A stretch of 64,000 nt of DNA from Vicugna vicugna (lineage: Eukaryota), in the NCBI GenBank assembly GCA_013265495.1, contig MU058228.1, forward strand, positions 124,001 to 188,000, in the 5' to 3' direction. Below are positions 35,518 through 50,048 of the stretch, piece after piece. The notes beneath the pieces are model-generated. The model saw nothing but the letters and a program-made list of their open reading frames with translations, was not told where the DNA came from and searched no databases. A program made the translations under genes and the position numbers. Numbering within the stretch: position 1 is the stretch's first letter; the number at the start of each line of letters is the position of its first letter.

Positions 35518-35805
35518 CAGTGCTGTCCAATAGAAACAAAAATACAAACCACATGTATTATTTTTTTTTTAGTGGTAAAAAAAAAACCAGGTAATGTTAA
35601 CTTTAATAATATATCTTGTTTAACTCAGTTATCTAAAATATCGTTCAGCATCAATTGATATGAAAAATTATCAATGAGATTTACTTTTTTTTCATGATGG
35701 GTCTTTGAAATCTGTGTGTACTTTATATTGACAGCACACATCAATTTGGACCATCCACATATCAAGTGCTCACATGGTCAATGGATGCTATATTGGACAG
35801 CCACG
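35518..35805. mobile_element. hAT-Charlie element (MER3/MER33-like)
   Basis: Inverted ends CAGTGCTGTCCAATAG ... TATTGGACAGC. Confidence 0.55.
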
Positions 35806-38800
35806 GGTTTATACCTATAGATGTCATACACATGATTTGGGAAAAGCCTGGCTTGGAGTGATGAGTCTGGATTTTGTTACTGGCTTCCTTCAACATCTGG
35901 GAAAATCACTTAATGTTTGAATTTGGAGATTATCTACTCTAGCTACCTTCTGAGTTAAGAAGCTTCAATTGAATAAATCAGTGTATCATGCTCTCCTCCA
36001 GCCACACTGGCCTTCTTGCTTTTGTTTCAAGCCTGTTCTCTCTGTCTACCCATGCTTTCCATCCTTTACATCCTTTTAGATTTTAGCTTGAAGACCTTCC
36101 TTGATCATCCTTTCCAGAGTAGCCCCACCCCTTCCATTACTGACGGTGTCACTCCAGTGGTCTCCATCTGAATTGGTATCTAGTAAGTACTTGTTGAATA
36201 CACGAATTTCATGATGCAAGTTAAAGTGTATTGTAAACTGTAAAATGCTGTACAGTTTTATCAGCTGACTGCAGACAGGAAACAGATTCAAAGTTAAGAC
36301 TGGAAAGTGTACCTTCATGTCTTTATAGAGTAAACTTTATTGATGCTTACTGTATGCTAGCCGTTGTTCTGGAATCTGGGCATAAATGGCCTTGTCTTGT
36401 AGGGGACATACTGTAGACCAGTAATTTCAGTGTGTGAGAGTTATGAGAGTTTGTGCTGAGCACCCAAAAGGTCCGAGGTTAGAGTGATCAGACAGGAGTG
36501 AGGAATGAAACGTGAATTCACTCTTGAAGGGCAAGTAAAACAAGGAAGGGGAGAGGATATTCAGGCCAAGGGAACAGCATATTCAACAGTGTGACAACAT
36601 GGAATAGCATGTGCTAAACAAGAGGACTGAAGGTTCTCTAGGTACTTAAGGAGTGTAGTGCATGGGAGGGAGGGGGGTGGGAGTTGAGGCTGAAGAAAGA
36701 TGGGAGGTCCCTGTCACGCAGTATCTGTCCTTTTCTGCACCCTCCTTGGCTTAGTCCCTGCTCCATTCGTCCATCTCCATCCCCACCCCAAGTTAGCCAG
36801 AAAACATTAAGTTGCTTTTGGGGGGACCTACCCTGTTCCCACCATCCCATTCCCAGCACATACTCAGATGGGTGCACTGTGTCTTAAAACTTTGGGGTTC
36901 CCTAAATCCACGGAAAATATCCCCCATCCTGCACCCACACCTGAGCCCAGCAAAGTGTGCTGGATGCTTGCTCTTAGGATCTGAGCCCCTGAGCACTACC
37001 AACAGGAACCCTGCTTTGATGAATCCCTAGACAGCTCTGCTTGCTCTCTTGGGCCACCCCAATGACTCAGGATATGTATTAGGATTACCTGGAAGCGCTT
37101 TTAAGAAATACTACCCCCTAGGGGGTCTTGATTCAGTTGGTGGGGCCCTTGGCATCAACATTGTTTAAAAGTTCTCTAGGTGATTTGAATGCCCAGATAG
37201 GATAGAGAACCATGGACCTACATCTTATTACCTTCACAGAGGGAAATCTCAGAAAATCTTTTAGAGAAGTTGTTTTTAAGAGAGTCATGGGTGCTGGGGG
37301 AGAAAAAGAGAACGGAGAAAGAGAAATGGCTTGATGAACCTTACGGAGCAAATTGTCTGCATGGAAAAGGCTTCTAAGCACAGCTCTGCCTTCCCTCATG
37401 CCACAATTTAGTCTGCTGACTCTGGGAGCTAATCCCTCCGTTGCTGTGAATTCACTTAACAAATATTTCTTGAACCACTCATCTGTGTCAGACGCTGTAC
37501 CAGACACAGCGCTTGGGAATACAGTGGTGAGAAGACCGGGGAGCACACAGTCTAGCTGAGATGGGGGCGGTAAGCACCAGACAGATAATCACAGATGGTG
37601 ATAACGTGCTGTGAAAGAAAGAACGTGCCATGCCAGAGAAGTGATGAGGGCTTTCATAAGGGGACAGGGTAGCCTCCTCTGAGGAGGTGACGTTTCAGTT
37701 GAGACTTGATGGATGAGGAATCAGCACCCTGAGGAACTGTGGGAAGAACATACCAGGCAACAGATAGCAAATCCCAGACCCTGAATCTGGGAAGAGCAGG
37801 ACGTATGTACAGAGCTGAAGAAGAGCTGTGCACGTGGAGCTTCACGAGCAAGGGGAAAAGTAGCATGGATGAGCTGGGAGACGCAGGCAAGGGTGGGGGT
37901 GTGTCGGGCCATGAGGCGTTTGAATTTTCTTGGTGACGAAGAAAGCCAATGGAGAATCTTAAGCAGGAGAGTGATGTGATGTGACTGGTTTTCAGAAAGA
38001 TTATTCGGGCTTCTCTGTGGACACTGGATGAGAGAAGGACAAGGTTGGAAGTAGGGAGACCAGTCATGAGCTGACTGTTATCCAGACAAGAGACGATGGG
38101 GGTTTGAACTAGGAGGTGGCAGTGGGGGATGGCCAGTAGGCAGATTTGACATGTATTTTGGAGGTAGCCTGCCTGCTCAGATTGAGCGTGGTGGTTACAG
38201 TGACTGAAATTCACAGACCCTGAGAGCTGGGATGGTGTTTAAGAAAAGACCGTCTAGTCTAGGTGTCCTCATCTTGTAGATGAGGAAGCTGCAGCCCAGG
38301 AAACGTGAGGCTGACTTGATCACAGATCATAGCTAGTTTGTGAAGGTCTAGACTGAAACTCAGATCTGATTTGAAGTTTAATGTCATTTGAACTACGTGA
38401 TCGCAAGTCAGCAAATGTCTTCATTCTATAAATGTGTGCTCTACTTTTATTACAGTGTTCTATACAAACTATTGTCTGACATTAAATGGAGAGAAGTGAT
38501 TTTTTTTTTTAAACTTCTGGTACCTCTACCCGGCTTTGAAATGCTTGGTGTCGTCCTCCTGCCGCCTTGTGGGAGTTTCTGTTATTGCAGGAAGTTTTCT
38601 GATCTCCAAAGACTGGGGACCTCTTAAGATCCCAACTGTGGCAGGATACAGAAAGACTTAGGTAGTGTCTTGGATAATGGAACAGGATAATTGATACACA
38701 TTGGAATTAAGAACTTTTAAAAATTGAAAAGTTCTATTTAAAATGTATTTACTCTCATTAGCAGACAAAAGTGAAAACTTAAAATCTTGGTCACGTTCAG

Positions 38801-39775
38801 AGGAGCTGTTTAGCTCAGTATGGGCTTTACACACACATGAAATGCGACAGTGACTCGTGTGTGTCTCTCACCTGTCTACCTCTGTCTCTGAGGTCATGCC
38901 TGACGTTCTGCTATTAGGTGCTCCCCCTCTCTGGCCTACTTTGTTCTAATTGACTCACTTAATTTTTTTAATAGCTTAAATAGCTTTTAATAGCTTTTTC
39001 CCCATGTTTTTAAATTGCAAGAAGAGTATATGCCTCTTGTAGAAATTCAAATAAAACAGACATTTATAAAATTTCCTATCCTTTCCCCTCTAACTTCCAG
39101 GCCATTCCTATTCCCCAGAGATAAGCTGTGTTAATAATACTTAGGTACATATCCTTCCAGATTCTCCTTCTGTTCAAATACAAACACACACACATGCACA
39201 GACACACATAGACTTGTTCTTTTCAAAACAGAATTATACAGTATGTATTGTTTTATAGCCTGGTTTTAACTTAATATAACATGTAAATATATTGAGAGCT
39301 GCCTGAAGTTGATGCAGAATATCAGTCTACTGTAACTTATTAATAATTCCCCATTGATGGATAATAACGCCTCAGTGAACATTCCTATACATTTGATTGT
39401 TTTTGCCTGTGTTTTGTTGGATATTCTTGTTGGAAATAGGATTATGCATATTTTAAATTTTGCTAAATCCTGCCTGTTGCCTTTCAAAAAGATGGGACCT
39501 TTTTACTCTCGCACTGTTACTGTGCCAGAGGCTTTCTCCCTTGCCAGTACTAGGTATTTATTAATCTTCCAATAATTTTTAGCTTTTGTCTATTTAATAG
39601 GCAAACTCTATATAGTGTTATGATGATTTTAGACCAGAATAGTTCTTCAGCATTGGCCTGTGGTCGTTTTCAGCATTTTCTCAATCTCATCCCCTGTTGG
39701 GATTAGGTAGCTTTTAGCTCTTGAACAGGGAAGATGCAGAGATGATTTCTTACTTATGTGTGTTTCTGCTGGCAG

Positions 39776-39871
39776 GAAAAACTTCTGAAGACTCAGCGTA
39801 GTCTGACAGCCAAGATGAAGAAAGCCCTGCATATCCAGGAATTGGAAGTGAAGAATGCTACAGAGTGGAAG
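39776..39871 (+). CDS. TRIM4: TRIM4 coding exon 2 (coiled coil), 96 nt
   Basis: ggcag|EKLLKTQRSLTAKMKKALHIQELEVKNATEWK|gtaaca. 96 nt is the typical size of this TRIM exon. Confidence 0.92.
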
Positions 39872-40538
39872 GTAACAGCAGAAGTGGTTGGGCATTTATT
39901 GCCTTTGAGGTCCTTTCAGTCTGGGGCTGCTCAGGGGGTTTTGCTGGGAAGAGCTTGCAGGATGTCATCAGTTGTCAGGCCCCTTGCAGATGCGGTGACA
40001 GAACAGGAAGTATCTCTCCCTGCTGACCTGTGGCTTTGGGCAGCGTGAGTTCCACACACTTCATCCCCATACCTCTAGGGCAGCAGCCCTCTCCTTCCCA
40101 CCCTTGCCCTAGGTTGGAGTTGATTTGGGTCTGTGGCACTGTGGAAAGCAAATGGACTTCGCTTCCAGAGATGCTAGTCTAGTCGGGAGGCACGTTGTGG
40201 GCCCACACACCCATCTAAGATTTAACATAACTGAACGGTAGGTGTTCTGAGGGCTAAGCTGAACAATAGATGTCAAAGTGCACTTTTGTTTAAAAAGTGT
40301 ACCAACAAGGCACTGCTGTCTTAGTAGAGACCAGATGCTACAAAGAATGAATTAATCTTCTAAAGACCAGTACAGAGACACCGAGTAGGTGTCAGTAAAG
40401 GACTAGGGGGAATTTGCAGGGGGTAGGCAGGAGCTTTTTCTGGGGGAGGTGATTTGGATTGGTGGGGCGTCATGTGTGAGGAATTTAGGCGCCAGGGCCA
40501 GGCAGAACGAGGACTGAGCAAATCTCACGTGGCTGTAG

Positions 40539-40769
40539 GAGAAAATGAAGAATCAGCGAATGAGATTCAGCGCCGAGTTTGCAAAGCTGCACCTCTTCCT
40601 GGCTGAAGAGGAGCAGTTGTTTCTCCAGAGACTGAGCAAAGAAGAAGAGGAGACAAAGAGGAAGCATAAAGAGAACACAGTAAGGCTCAATCAGATGATC
40701 ATCTCCTTAAAGAAGCTCGTCTTAGAGGTGGCGGAGAAGAGCCAGAGCTCCAGCCTGGAGCTGCTCCAG
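40539..40769 (+). CDS. TRIM4: TRIM4 coding exon 3 (coiled coil), 231 nt
   Basis: tgtag|EKMKNQRMRFSAEFAKLHLFLAEEEQLFLQRL...SQSSSLELLQ|gtgaga. 231 nt is the typical size of this TRIM exon. Confidence 0.93.
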
Positions 40770-43015
40770 GTGAGACAGGCCGGGGCACAGCACTGCGCGA
40801 ACTCACTTTTGCCTTTAGACCTGAGTGTTCTTCCCAGTGAGTGGGATTAATAGAAGACATTCACCTTCAAGTGGGGTTAATTATCTCTGTTGGTAATTGT
40901 GTTGATATTGTTATTATACAGTTAAAAAGTCAAAGGTTCACTATTCAAAGGAAATTAATGTGAAATTTAGGTCTGATGAACTTGGGTAATGTGAGACACT
41001 TAGATTCTCCTGGTCTATAGTTTAGGATATGAAGCACATCTAAAACTTTCCCACTCATTTTACTTACATGTTTATGATTCTTTGTTAAGACAGTAAAACA
41101 AAGCAAGTATAAGCCCACAGAGTAGATAATTGTGTCAAATTTTTAAGAGAAATGAGTCTTTCTCACTGATTTTTAATCATTACAGTCATAGCTTCATATA
41201 CCTTTGTTCTTAGTCCCAGATTTTGATTGGTACATTAATTTAAGTAATTTCTAATATCCAGCAACCTTTAAAAGAGTATAATTCTAATTTATTACAATTC
41301 TAACTCATTAGTACTTAGATTTGGGTCATTAGATCAGTTTGTTATCTAAAGCCCTTTCTTTGAGTTAGTCTTTCCCTTTATATCCTCTGAGGTAAAGGGG
41401 TCCTTACAGTGTTCAATTTTTGGGTAAGATTCTACATTTGTGACTATCCCTCTTTTTTTTTTTTTTTTTGGCTGAAATAATGCACCTTTGGTCTGAGACC
41501 TCTCAGAACTTCTCTTTTCCTCCATATCATGTGACTGAGGGCAAAAGAACCATTGAAGGGCGCTCTCAAGAATACCTTCAATCTACGTTACTTGTTTTTT
41601 CCCTCATCAGAAGGAAGCAACATTCTATTCTCTTAAGGAAGAGAGAAACATGGGCCTACCCACCTGTTACTTTCAGCAAGAAACTGCTAACCAGGCATTA
41701 CATGTTATCTAAGTGTAATGATTTCCAAGAATTGTCTAGAACTTCTACAATTTGCTAGAGCAGTGAAGTTCCAATTACATATCCAAATATATACTATAGC
41801 AGAATCTTTGAAATAACACATTTAAACACTTTTTAAAATATGGGTTCAACATTTAGTCAGAATCTGAAACCTCAAAGATACAATTGAACCAGCAGAATTC
41901 TTACCAAAAGATGCATCAGCCAACAAATGCAAGGCTAGGGAAGTGGTTGGAACAGGTAGAGTTGGATTGGAGGATCTCAGAGCCTAAAGTTCTCTTGAAT
42001 TTATTTTACTGACCTGTCCATTTGAATGGTGTATAATGTTAACTCTGCCCTCAGTCAGCACTTCTTCCCTTCTCTGAAAAGATAGATGTCATTTCCCTGA
42101 TGACTAATGAGACTGAGTACTTTTCACATACTCTTTAAAAAACCAGCTTACTTGATGTAGAATGCACATATCATATAATACACCCATTTTAAGTGGACAA
42201 ATTGAGTGATTTTTATGATTTTACCAAGTTATGCAATCATTATTACCACAGTCCAGTTTTAGACCATTTCCATTGCCTCCTTAAGACCCCTTTGTGCTTG
42301 TTTACAGTTAAGCTCTGTTCCTACCCCCAGCCCCAGACAGCCTACTTTCTGACTCTACAGACTTGCCATTTCTAAATCTATAAACAGAATCATACAATAT
42401 GTGGTTTTGTGTGTGGATTCTTTCACTTGGTATAATGTTTCTGAGGGTCGCTCGTGTTGTTGCATATATTGCATTGTGGACTATTCCAGGTTTTTTTAGT
42501 CTGTTTACAAATTGGTGGACGTTTGGGTTGTTTCCACCTTTGGGTTATTATGAATGATGCTGCTTTGGACATTTGCCTGCTATTCTTTGTGCGGACTTAT
42601 GTTTTCATTTCTCTTGGGTAAGTAGTAGGAGCAGAATTGTTATGCTGTGTGGTTTATTTATATTTAACTTTTTGAGACACTGCCAAACTGTCTTCCAAAG
42701 TGGCCGAATCATTTTATATTCCCACTACATCCTCACTAACATTTGTCTGTGATTGAGAGAGGATAGGTGGAGAAGTAGGCAAAAAGCCAGGAGGAGAAAG
42801 AATAGAGTTCCCAGGAAAGGATCGGTTGACATTGTTAAATAGCTCAGTGGGGCCACATGAAAAAAAGACTGCATTGTGTTAGTCCATTGGCTTTGGCAGC
42901 ATGAGATCATATGTTATGCTAACAGAAGCAACAGACAGAAAAATACCTACTCACAAGGTTGGGTAACAGGTCTCAAGGGGAAGGTATGTGACTTATTTCT
43001 TTCTTCTCTTCACAG

Positions 43016-43038
43016 AATCCAAAAGATGTGTTGACCAG
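43016..43038 (+). CDS. TRIM4: TRIM4 coding exon 4 (23-nt micro-exon)
   Basis: Polypyrimidine tract and cacag|AATCCAAAAGATGTGTTGACCAG|gtatga (NPKDVLTR). 23 nt is the typical size of this TRIM exon. Confidence 0.88.
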
Positions 43039-43288
43039 GTATGAGCTCTTGCTTTTCTCTGGGGGCTTGAGTGGAGTGGTAACGGTTCAGGCCGAGCAGA
43101 GGGGAGACAAGGCCTGGGCTCCGTAGTGATCTGGGCGTTGATCTGAGGGGCTGGGGGAGGAATTCTCCTGTTCACTTTTGCTGGGAGGAATGGGAGAGAA
43201 GTAGCTGAGCTTTGGGCTTGGAACCTTCGGGTGGGAGCTGGGGGTCGTGGCTGTCCCCTGAGAAGTGCAGCCTTCTGTCCTTTTTTAG

Positions 43289-43386
43289 GAGTGAGAACCA
43301 GGATGTGAACTATTCCTTTGAAGTTCTGAAAGTGCAGACTCTGTGCCAGCTACCGATGATGAAGGAAATGCTGAAGCGATTCCAAG
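43289..43386 (+). CDS. TRIM4: TRIM4 coding exon 5, 98 nt
   Basis: ttttttag|G SENQDVNYSFEVLKVQTLCQLPMMKEMLKRFQ G|gtgagc. Phases match exons 4 and 6. Confidence 0.9.
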
Positions 43387-44114
43387 GTGAGCAGAATTTT
43401 TGGGAGTTGGAGCTCCCTAGAAACCTTCCAAATCAGAGAACGAACAGTGAGAGATGTCTGGAAAGGAAAGAGGAAAACAAAGCATGCAGCTAACAGGAAG
43501 GTCAGGAAAATGGTAATAAAAGTACTTAGGAGTAAATGAATATATGCTTCATTCAAGGAACATCTGTTAAACACACACTGTGTGTTGTAAGGTACTAGTG
43601 ATACAAAAAGAAAAAGACCTGTTCTTCCTATGAATTCATAAGCCAGTTGGAGAGACAGACACATACCGCTTACTGTAACATGGTGGGATCCAGGGCTTAT
43701 CAGTGGTAGAATAAAACAATTCAGAAGCACAGAGGAAGACTTCTGTTGGGGCTGAAGTGGGAGAGTTTTCCCGGCAGAGGTGACAGTTGTTTGGGCATTT
43801 GAAGGTTGAGTAGGAGTTTGCCAAGTGGAAAATGAGGGTCTACTCTTCTAAACAGAGGCAGCAGCTTGAGCTAAGTTGTGGAGAAAATGGAGGGGAGGGT
43901 GCCTGATGTGACTCAGCCATAAGGTGCACATGAGGAAAGGCAGAAGCTGAGGTTAAGATGAGTGTAGGAGAGACTGAAGATAAACTTACTAGATCTCCAG
44001 GGAAGTACCAAGGCACACACGCATTGTAACGCTGTGCACTCAGTTCTCGTGCACATCCCTGAGTGAGAACCATGCTGTGGATGTCCACTTCCAGGTAAGA
44101 TGAAGTAACAGGGA

Positions 44115-47100
44115 CTAGAATGACTCTTTCCCCTGAAACTTAGTTAACCGAAAAACCCCACAACAGATGATACATAAAACAGCAGTTTTTAAAACAGTGG
44201 ACATCAGGCAATGAAGGACAGTGATCCTTGGGGAATGTGTGAAACAAATGAGGGGAGCCCTGTGATAGCCCCAGCCTACGGCCTCAAGGGAGTTTCCAGG
44301 CCACCTCGGGGAGGGTAACGGGGAGCCAGGTGGATCCCCTGAGTTGAGGATGGAGCTGAGAAGCCAGGGAGAACAAAGCAGTGAGAGTTTAGAGTCCTGG
44401 AGAGGAGAGAGCTGGACAGAGAGAGAACCCTGATGATCTGCAGAGACCCCCCATGAGTACTGAGCGGAGTACTGAGCAAGCAGAGTACACGCTTGTGAAG
44501 AACTTCCGAGGTCGTGGAAGGAAATTTCCAAAATGATAAGTAATAGTTCTGGTGCTCACACGGGCCAGGAGCCATGCCTGTTCCTGCCAGCCTCTGGAAA
44601 ACTCTTACATCACAGGGCACTGGGTAGAGTACTTGGGAAAATCTTGCCTCATTAGTGGGAAATAATTAACCCTACGCTGAGCACTGCTTTGGACCCACTT
44701 TACAAATCATGAAAGCAAGACCCAAAGGATGAAGTTACTTCCAAGGAACTGCATCCCAGGACAAAGCTCAAGAAGATTGAAAGGAATTTTTTAAAATGAG
44801 CACCAAACAATGTGAAATCACAATGTCTGGCATCTAGTCGAAGATTACCAGGCAGGCAGAAGGGCAGGAAAACGTGACCCGTGATGGGGAGAATAATCAA
44901 CTGAAACTGACCCAGGATTACCCTGGATGCTAGAGTAAACACAGAAGGACATTGATACAGTTATTTTAAAATATTTTGTAAGAGGCATTAGGGACATGGA
45001 GGATGAAAGAAAATCCCAGATCTAACATCTAGAGATGAGAACTGCAGTGACTGAGGTGAAGAACAAGCTGGCTGGGATTCATAGGTGATTGGACACTGCA
45101 GGAGAGAAGCTCAGTGAGCATGAAGGCAGAGCAGTGGGAACTGCAGGATGAAGCAGAGAAATTTAAACAATGAGAATAGCTCAGTGAGCTGGGGACACCT
45201 TCCTGCAGCCTTACGTGTGGTGGGTACTTGGGATCCCTCAAGGAGAGAAGTGGGATGGGGATGAGACAGGAAAAACATATGAAGAAATAATGACCAGCTT
45301 TTCCAAATTTGATGAAAACTGTAAGTACACAGATCCAAGAAACTCAGCAAACCCTAAGCACGAGAAAGAGGATGAAAAAACCAAAACCAGTGACAAAGAG
45401 AAAATTTTAAAGGCAGCAAGTAAAAAAAAGGCAGCAAGTTAACCAACAGTGGAACAAAGATAAAGATAACATCACATTACTCAAGCAGTGCAGATGAGTG
45501 AAATCTTAAAAGGACTGAAAGGAAAAATTGTTAACCTGGAGTTTCATTCCTGGCAAAAAATTACCCTTCAGAAACAAGGGGAAAAAAAGATGTTTGCAGA
45601 TAACCTAAAACTGAAAGTGTTTACCACCAGCAGACCAACACTACAATAAATGTTAGATGAAGTCCTTCAAGCAGAAGGGAAGTGATACCAGGTGGCAGTC
45701 AGATTGACACAAAGGAATAAAAGATCTTCTGAAATGGTAATGACAAAAAAATACGTATTTTATATTAAATCTCATTAATAGATAATAGGGATGGTTAATT
45801 TGACATCTGGTCAAACATTATTTTGGGTGTTGCTGTGAGAGTGTTTTTGGGTGAGATTAATATTTAAATCAGGAAACTTGAGTCAAATGGATTGCTCTGT
45901 AATGCTGGTGGGCCTAATCTAATCAGCCGAAGGCCTGAATAGAATAAGGAGCTGATTTTTTTCCCGCTGAACAAGAGAGAATTCTACAGCAGACTGCCTT
46001 CGGACTCTGCCTGCAGATTTGGTTCTTTCTGGCCTTTGAACTGGAACATCAGTTTTCCCTGGGTCTTGCTGCTGTCACACACCGTGGATCTGGACTTCCC
46101 AGTCACCATAATCACGTGAGCCAATTCCTTACAATCTCTCTTTATGCACACATCTCCTACTGGTTCTGTTCTCTGGAGAACCCTGACAAATACAGTAACT
46201 GTCTGTTTAAACAGATAGAAAATAACATTTTTGGAGTTTATAACACATTTACAAGTAAAATGTACAATGATTGCATGAAGGAGGGGAAATGGAAGTCTAC
46301 CATTTACACAGGTCTTACACGTGGAGTGGTATAATACCACTTGAAGATAGGCTGTTAAGGTAGAGGTATACTACAAACCTTATGGCAGCTGCTAAAATAA
46401 AACAGTTACAGCTGATAAGTCAACAAAGGAGATAAAGTGGAATCATAAAAATACTTGGTTAATCAGAAAGAAGGCAGAAAAGAGGAAAAAAGTAGGACAA
46501 ATAGAAAACACAAGATGATAGACACAAACCTAATCGTATTAATAATTACATTAAGTATAAATGGCCTGAATATCCTACTCAGACGGGAGAGATTGGTTGG
46601 ATTGGATTGAAAAAGCAAGACCCAACTATATGCTGTAAGAAACAAACATTAAATATAAAGGCTAACATATGGTAGAAGTAAAATAATGGAGAAAGATACA
46701 TACACATGCTATACATTTAGTCAGGAGAAATCTGGAGTGGTTCTATTCAAATCAAGTAGATTTCAGAGCAAAGAATATTACCCGAGATAAAGTCAGTTCC
46801 TCATGATAAAGGGGTCAGTTTATCAGGAGGATGTAACAGTTCTAAACATTTATACGCCTAATAACAGACCTTCAAAATATATTAAGCAAGAACTAATGGA
46901 GCTGCAAGGAGAAACTGACAAATCCAGTTATAGCTGGAATTTTCAATATCTCTTAAAAACATTTTTTATAACAAGCAGGCAGAAAATCGTAAAGTAGACT
47001 GAGTAACACTGTCAGTTTTCTTGAATAACACTGTCGACCAGCCTGACCTCACTGCACCAAACAACAGCGGAATACACATTCTTTTTGAGTGTACATGGAC

Positions 47101-48340
47101 CATTCTCGAAGGTAGAACAAGGTGGGCCATAAGACGAATCTCAGCATTCAGAAGGATTCAAGCCATACAGAGTATGTTCTCTGACCTCAATGCATGTGAG
47201 GTAGAAATCAGTAAACAAACAAACAAACAAAAAACAAACTTTGGGAAATCCCCAAATGTTAGGAAACTAAGTAACACACTTCTCAGTAACCCATGAATTA
47301 AAGGTGAAATCAAAAGGGAAATTAGGAAGTACTTTGAACTGAAAGAAAAGGAAAACACAACATGTCAGAATTTGTGGGAAACAGCTAAAGCAATACTCAC
47401 GGGGAAATTTCTAGTCCTAACCACCTATATTAGAAAAGAAGAAAGTTCTTAAATCAGTGACATCAGTTTCTACCTTAAGACACTAGAAAAAGAAGAGCAA
47501 ATGAAGCCCCCGAGAAACAGAAGAATAGAAGTAACAGAAATCAGAGCAGAATGGAATTGCAATGGCAGTGGAATACAGAAGAGCAAAAATTAGTGGAACC
47601 AAAAGTGGTTTCTTTGAGAATATCAATTTTATTGATAATACTTTAAGCAGAATGACCAGGAAAAAAAGTGGAGACACACATTACTAGTATCAAGAATGAG
47701 AGAGGCCTCAACACTGCAGCTTCTATGGATATTAAAAGGGTAGTCAGAGGATATTACTAGCAATTCAAGCTGATAAATCTGACAATGTAGGTGAAATGGA
47801 CAAAGTCCTAAAAAGACACAAATGGCCAAAGCTGACTCAAGAAAAAACAGACAACTGGACTAACCTTATTTCTACTACAGAAGTTCGTGTTCTAGTTAGA
47901 AACCTTCCCAAATGTCTTCACTGGTGAATTCACCAAGCATTGAAGAAATACTTATTCTACACAAACTCTTAAAAAACTGAAGAGACTATATTCCTAGTTT
48001 GTTCTGTGAGGCTTGTATCACCATGATACCAAAATCAGACGAAGGTATTACAAGCAAAAAGAACTGTAGAGCAGTGTCCCTCATGAACAAAGAAGAATTC
48101 CAAAGAAGATTTTAGCAAATTGAATTCAACAGTGTATAATACATCACAACCAGATGGGATTTATCACAGAAAAGCAGGTTTGGTTTAACATTTGCAAACC
48201 CATGTAATGCACCACGTTAGCAAATTAAAGAAGGACAATTGAACATCTCAGTAGATGCAGAAAAAGCCTTTGTCAAAACCTAATATCCATGTCTGATTTT
48301 AAAAAATGCACACAAACAACTCTCAATAAACTAGAGAGAC
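44115..48340 (+). mobile_element. Old L1 (5' UTR/ORF1/ORF2 endonuclease remnants) in TRIM4 intron 5, interrupted by an MLT2 LTR (~45790-46190)
   Basis: DKEKILKAA (ORF1-like) and IKGSVYQEDVTVLNIYTPNNRPSKYIKQELMELQGE (ORF2 endonuclease). MLT2 motifs 'gtgtttttgggtgagattaatattt' and 'ctctggagaaccctgac'. Confidence 0.8.
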
Positions 48341-49100
48341 ATGGAGAGTCTGGGAGGGAAGAGAATTTGGAGGCAGGGGGACCAGGGAGGATGTTGCAGA
48401 CACAGCTACAGTGAAAGATGCTGAGGATCTGGATGAAGACAATGGCAGTGAGAAAGGAGAGGAAGAAAAGAGCCTGAGTGATGTTTCAGAGGGAGAGCTG
48501 ACAGGACTTGGGGATTAACTAGCCACCAAAGTAAGAGGAAGGATCAGATAAGCTCGAGATTTCCAAGTGCGTGTGTTCGAGTGGAAGTAATGTTCTCACC
48601 CCTCAGAGAACACAGAAGACGAGATGTCTGCGGGGAGGGTTACTCTCAAGGGACTGGAAGGGACTTAGGATGCTCTGAATTGGGTTCTGGGTATCTTGTG
48701 GAGACGCCCAGTGAAAACTGGAACCGGGGCAGGGAGACCTAGTTCCTGAGGACATCTGTGTGTACCTGTGGAGAACCTGGTTCAACAAGTCAGAATTTGG
48801 TACCATTTCTCCAGATTTTATGCTGATGGTGAAGACGTGGGGCCATCAGATAATGAGCTCCGCATTTTCTTGGTCTTAGTCTTCTAGGGCAGAAGGGAAG
48901 TGAAGATTTCAGGTTGCTAAAGGCCATACCACGGCATGTTAGGCTCAGCTGAGGCTCAGCTGAGAGACTGAGACTCATCCCTGGCAGAACCTGATGGGAG
49001 GAGAAGGCTGGGACTGAAGCTGGAAAGGACGGGCATTTCGGGTGGAGGGTGGGTAGCAGGCTGTTGGTGTTACTGATCTCAGCTCTCATTTTCTCTGCAG

Positions 49101-49684
49101 TGGCTGTAAATGTGGCCGAGGACACAGCTCACCCCAAACTCGTCTTCTCCCAGGAAGGCAAGTATGTGAAAAACGGAGCGTCAGCCAGTTCCTGGCCGTT
49201 ACTTTCTACAGCGTGGAGCTACGTTACTGGCTGGAGGAATCCTCAGAAGACCACAGGCTTTGTGGAGAGATTTCAGCACCTACCCTGTGTTTTGGGGAAA
49301 ACTGTTTTCACTTCAGGGAAGCACTACTGGGAAGTGGAGAGCCGAGATGGCCTGGAGATTGCTGTGGGGGTGTGTCGGGAAGACGTCATGGGGATTACCG
49401 ATGGCTCCAGAATGTCCCCCGAGCTGGGGATCTGGGCCCTTTGTTGGAGTTCTGCTGGCTTTCGGCCCCTGACGAGCTCCCCTGTAAGTCCCACCAAGCC
49501 AGAGCCCGCTCTTCACCGGGTGGGAGTCTTCCTCGATCACGGGGCCGGGGAGATCTCCTTCTACAATGCTGCGGATGGCGCGCACCTGCACACTTTCTCC
49601 TGTCCTGTGTCCCGCCTCCGGCCATTCTTCTGGTTGAGCCCGTTGGCCTCTTTAGTCCTCCCGCCAGTGACTGGTGGGAAATGA
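49101..49684 (+). CDS. TRIM4: TRIM4 coding exon 6 (PRY/SPRY B30.2 domain and stop)
   Basis: ttctctgcag|VAVNVAEDTAHPKLVFSQEGKYV...LPCVLGKTVFTSGKHYWEVE...RVGVFLDHGAGEISFYN...LRPFFWL...GGK*. The six exons total 1428 nt (475 aa + stop). Confidence 0.96.
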
Positions 49685-50004
49685 GGCTGTGTTTCTCTGC
49701 CCAGGAATCCTTCCCTTACACCCCAGGCCCGGGACACACACCCTTCACCTGCTCCATGTCGATCCTGGTACTGACGTACCAGCCACTCAGATTCCGACGT
49801 CACGCTTTGTTCAGCTCCCTGGACGCCCTGTGCACAGACATAAAAGACCCTGCTGCTTACCTTTCCGCTAGCCACCTGTATTACTGAGAAAAAGGTTTTT
49901 TCTTACTCTACCCATCTGATTAATAATCCTTTGTCTCTTTTCTGGGTCTTCATATTGGACCCTCTCTTACCTTCTTAGGTGTGAGATGGGATCCATTTGT
50001 TAAA

Positions 50005-50048
50005 AATAAACTTCAGATGCTTCTGATGCACAAACAAGACAGAATAAA
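50005..50048 (+). terminator. Candidate TRIM4 polyadenylation signals
   Basis: AATAAA at 50005-50010 and 50043-50048, ~320-360 nt after the stop, followed by T/GT-rich sequence. Confidence 0.5.

Noticed and set aside
34518..35594. Long overlapping ORFs (230, 265 and 299 aa) around TRIM4 exon 1
   Set aside because: These are expected in a stop-poor CpG island. Only 34854-35249 has RING/B-box homology, and the rest is UTR or intron read-through.
49213..49887. 224-aa alternative-frame ORF over the TRIM4 SPRY exon
   Set aside because: It is a shadow frame of a GC-rich coding exon, with a non-ATG start and no recognisable domain.
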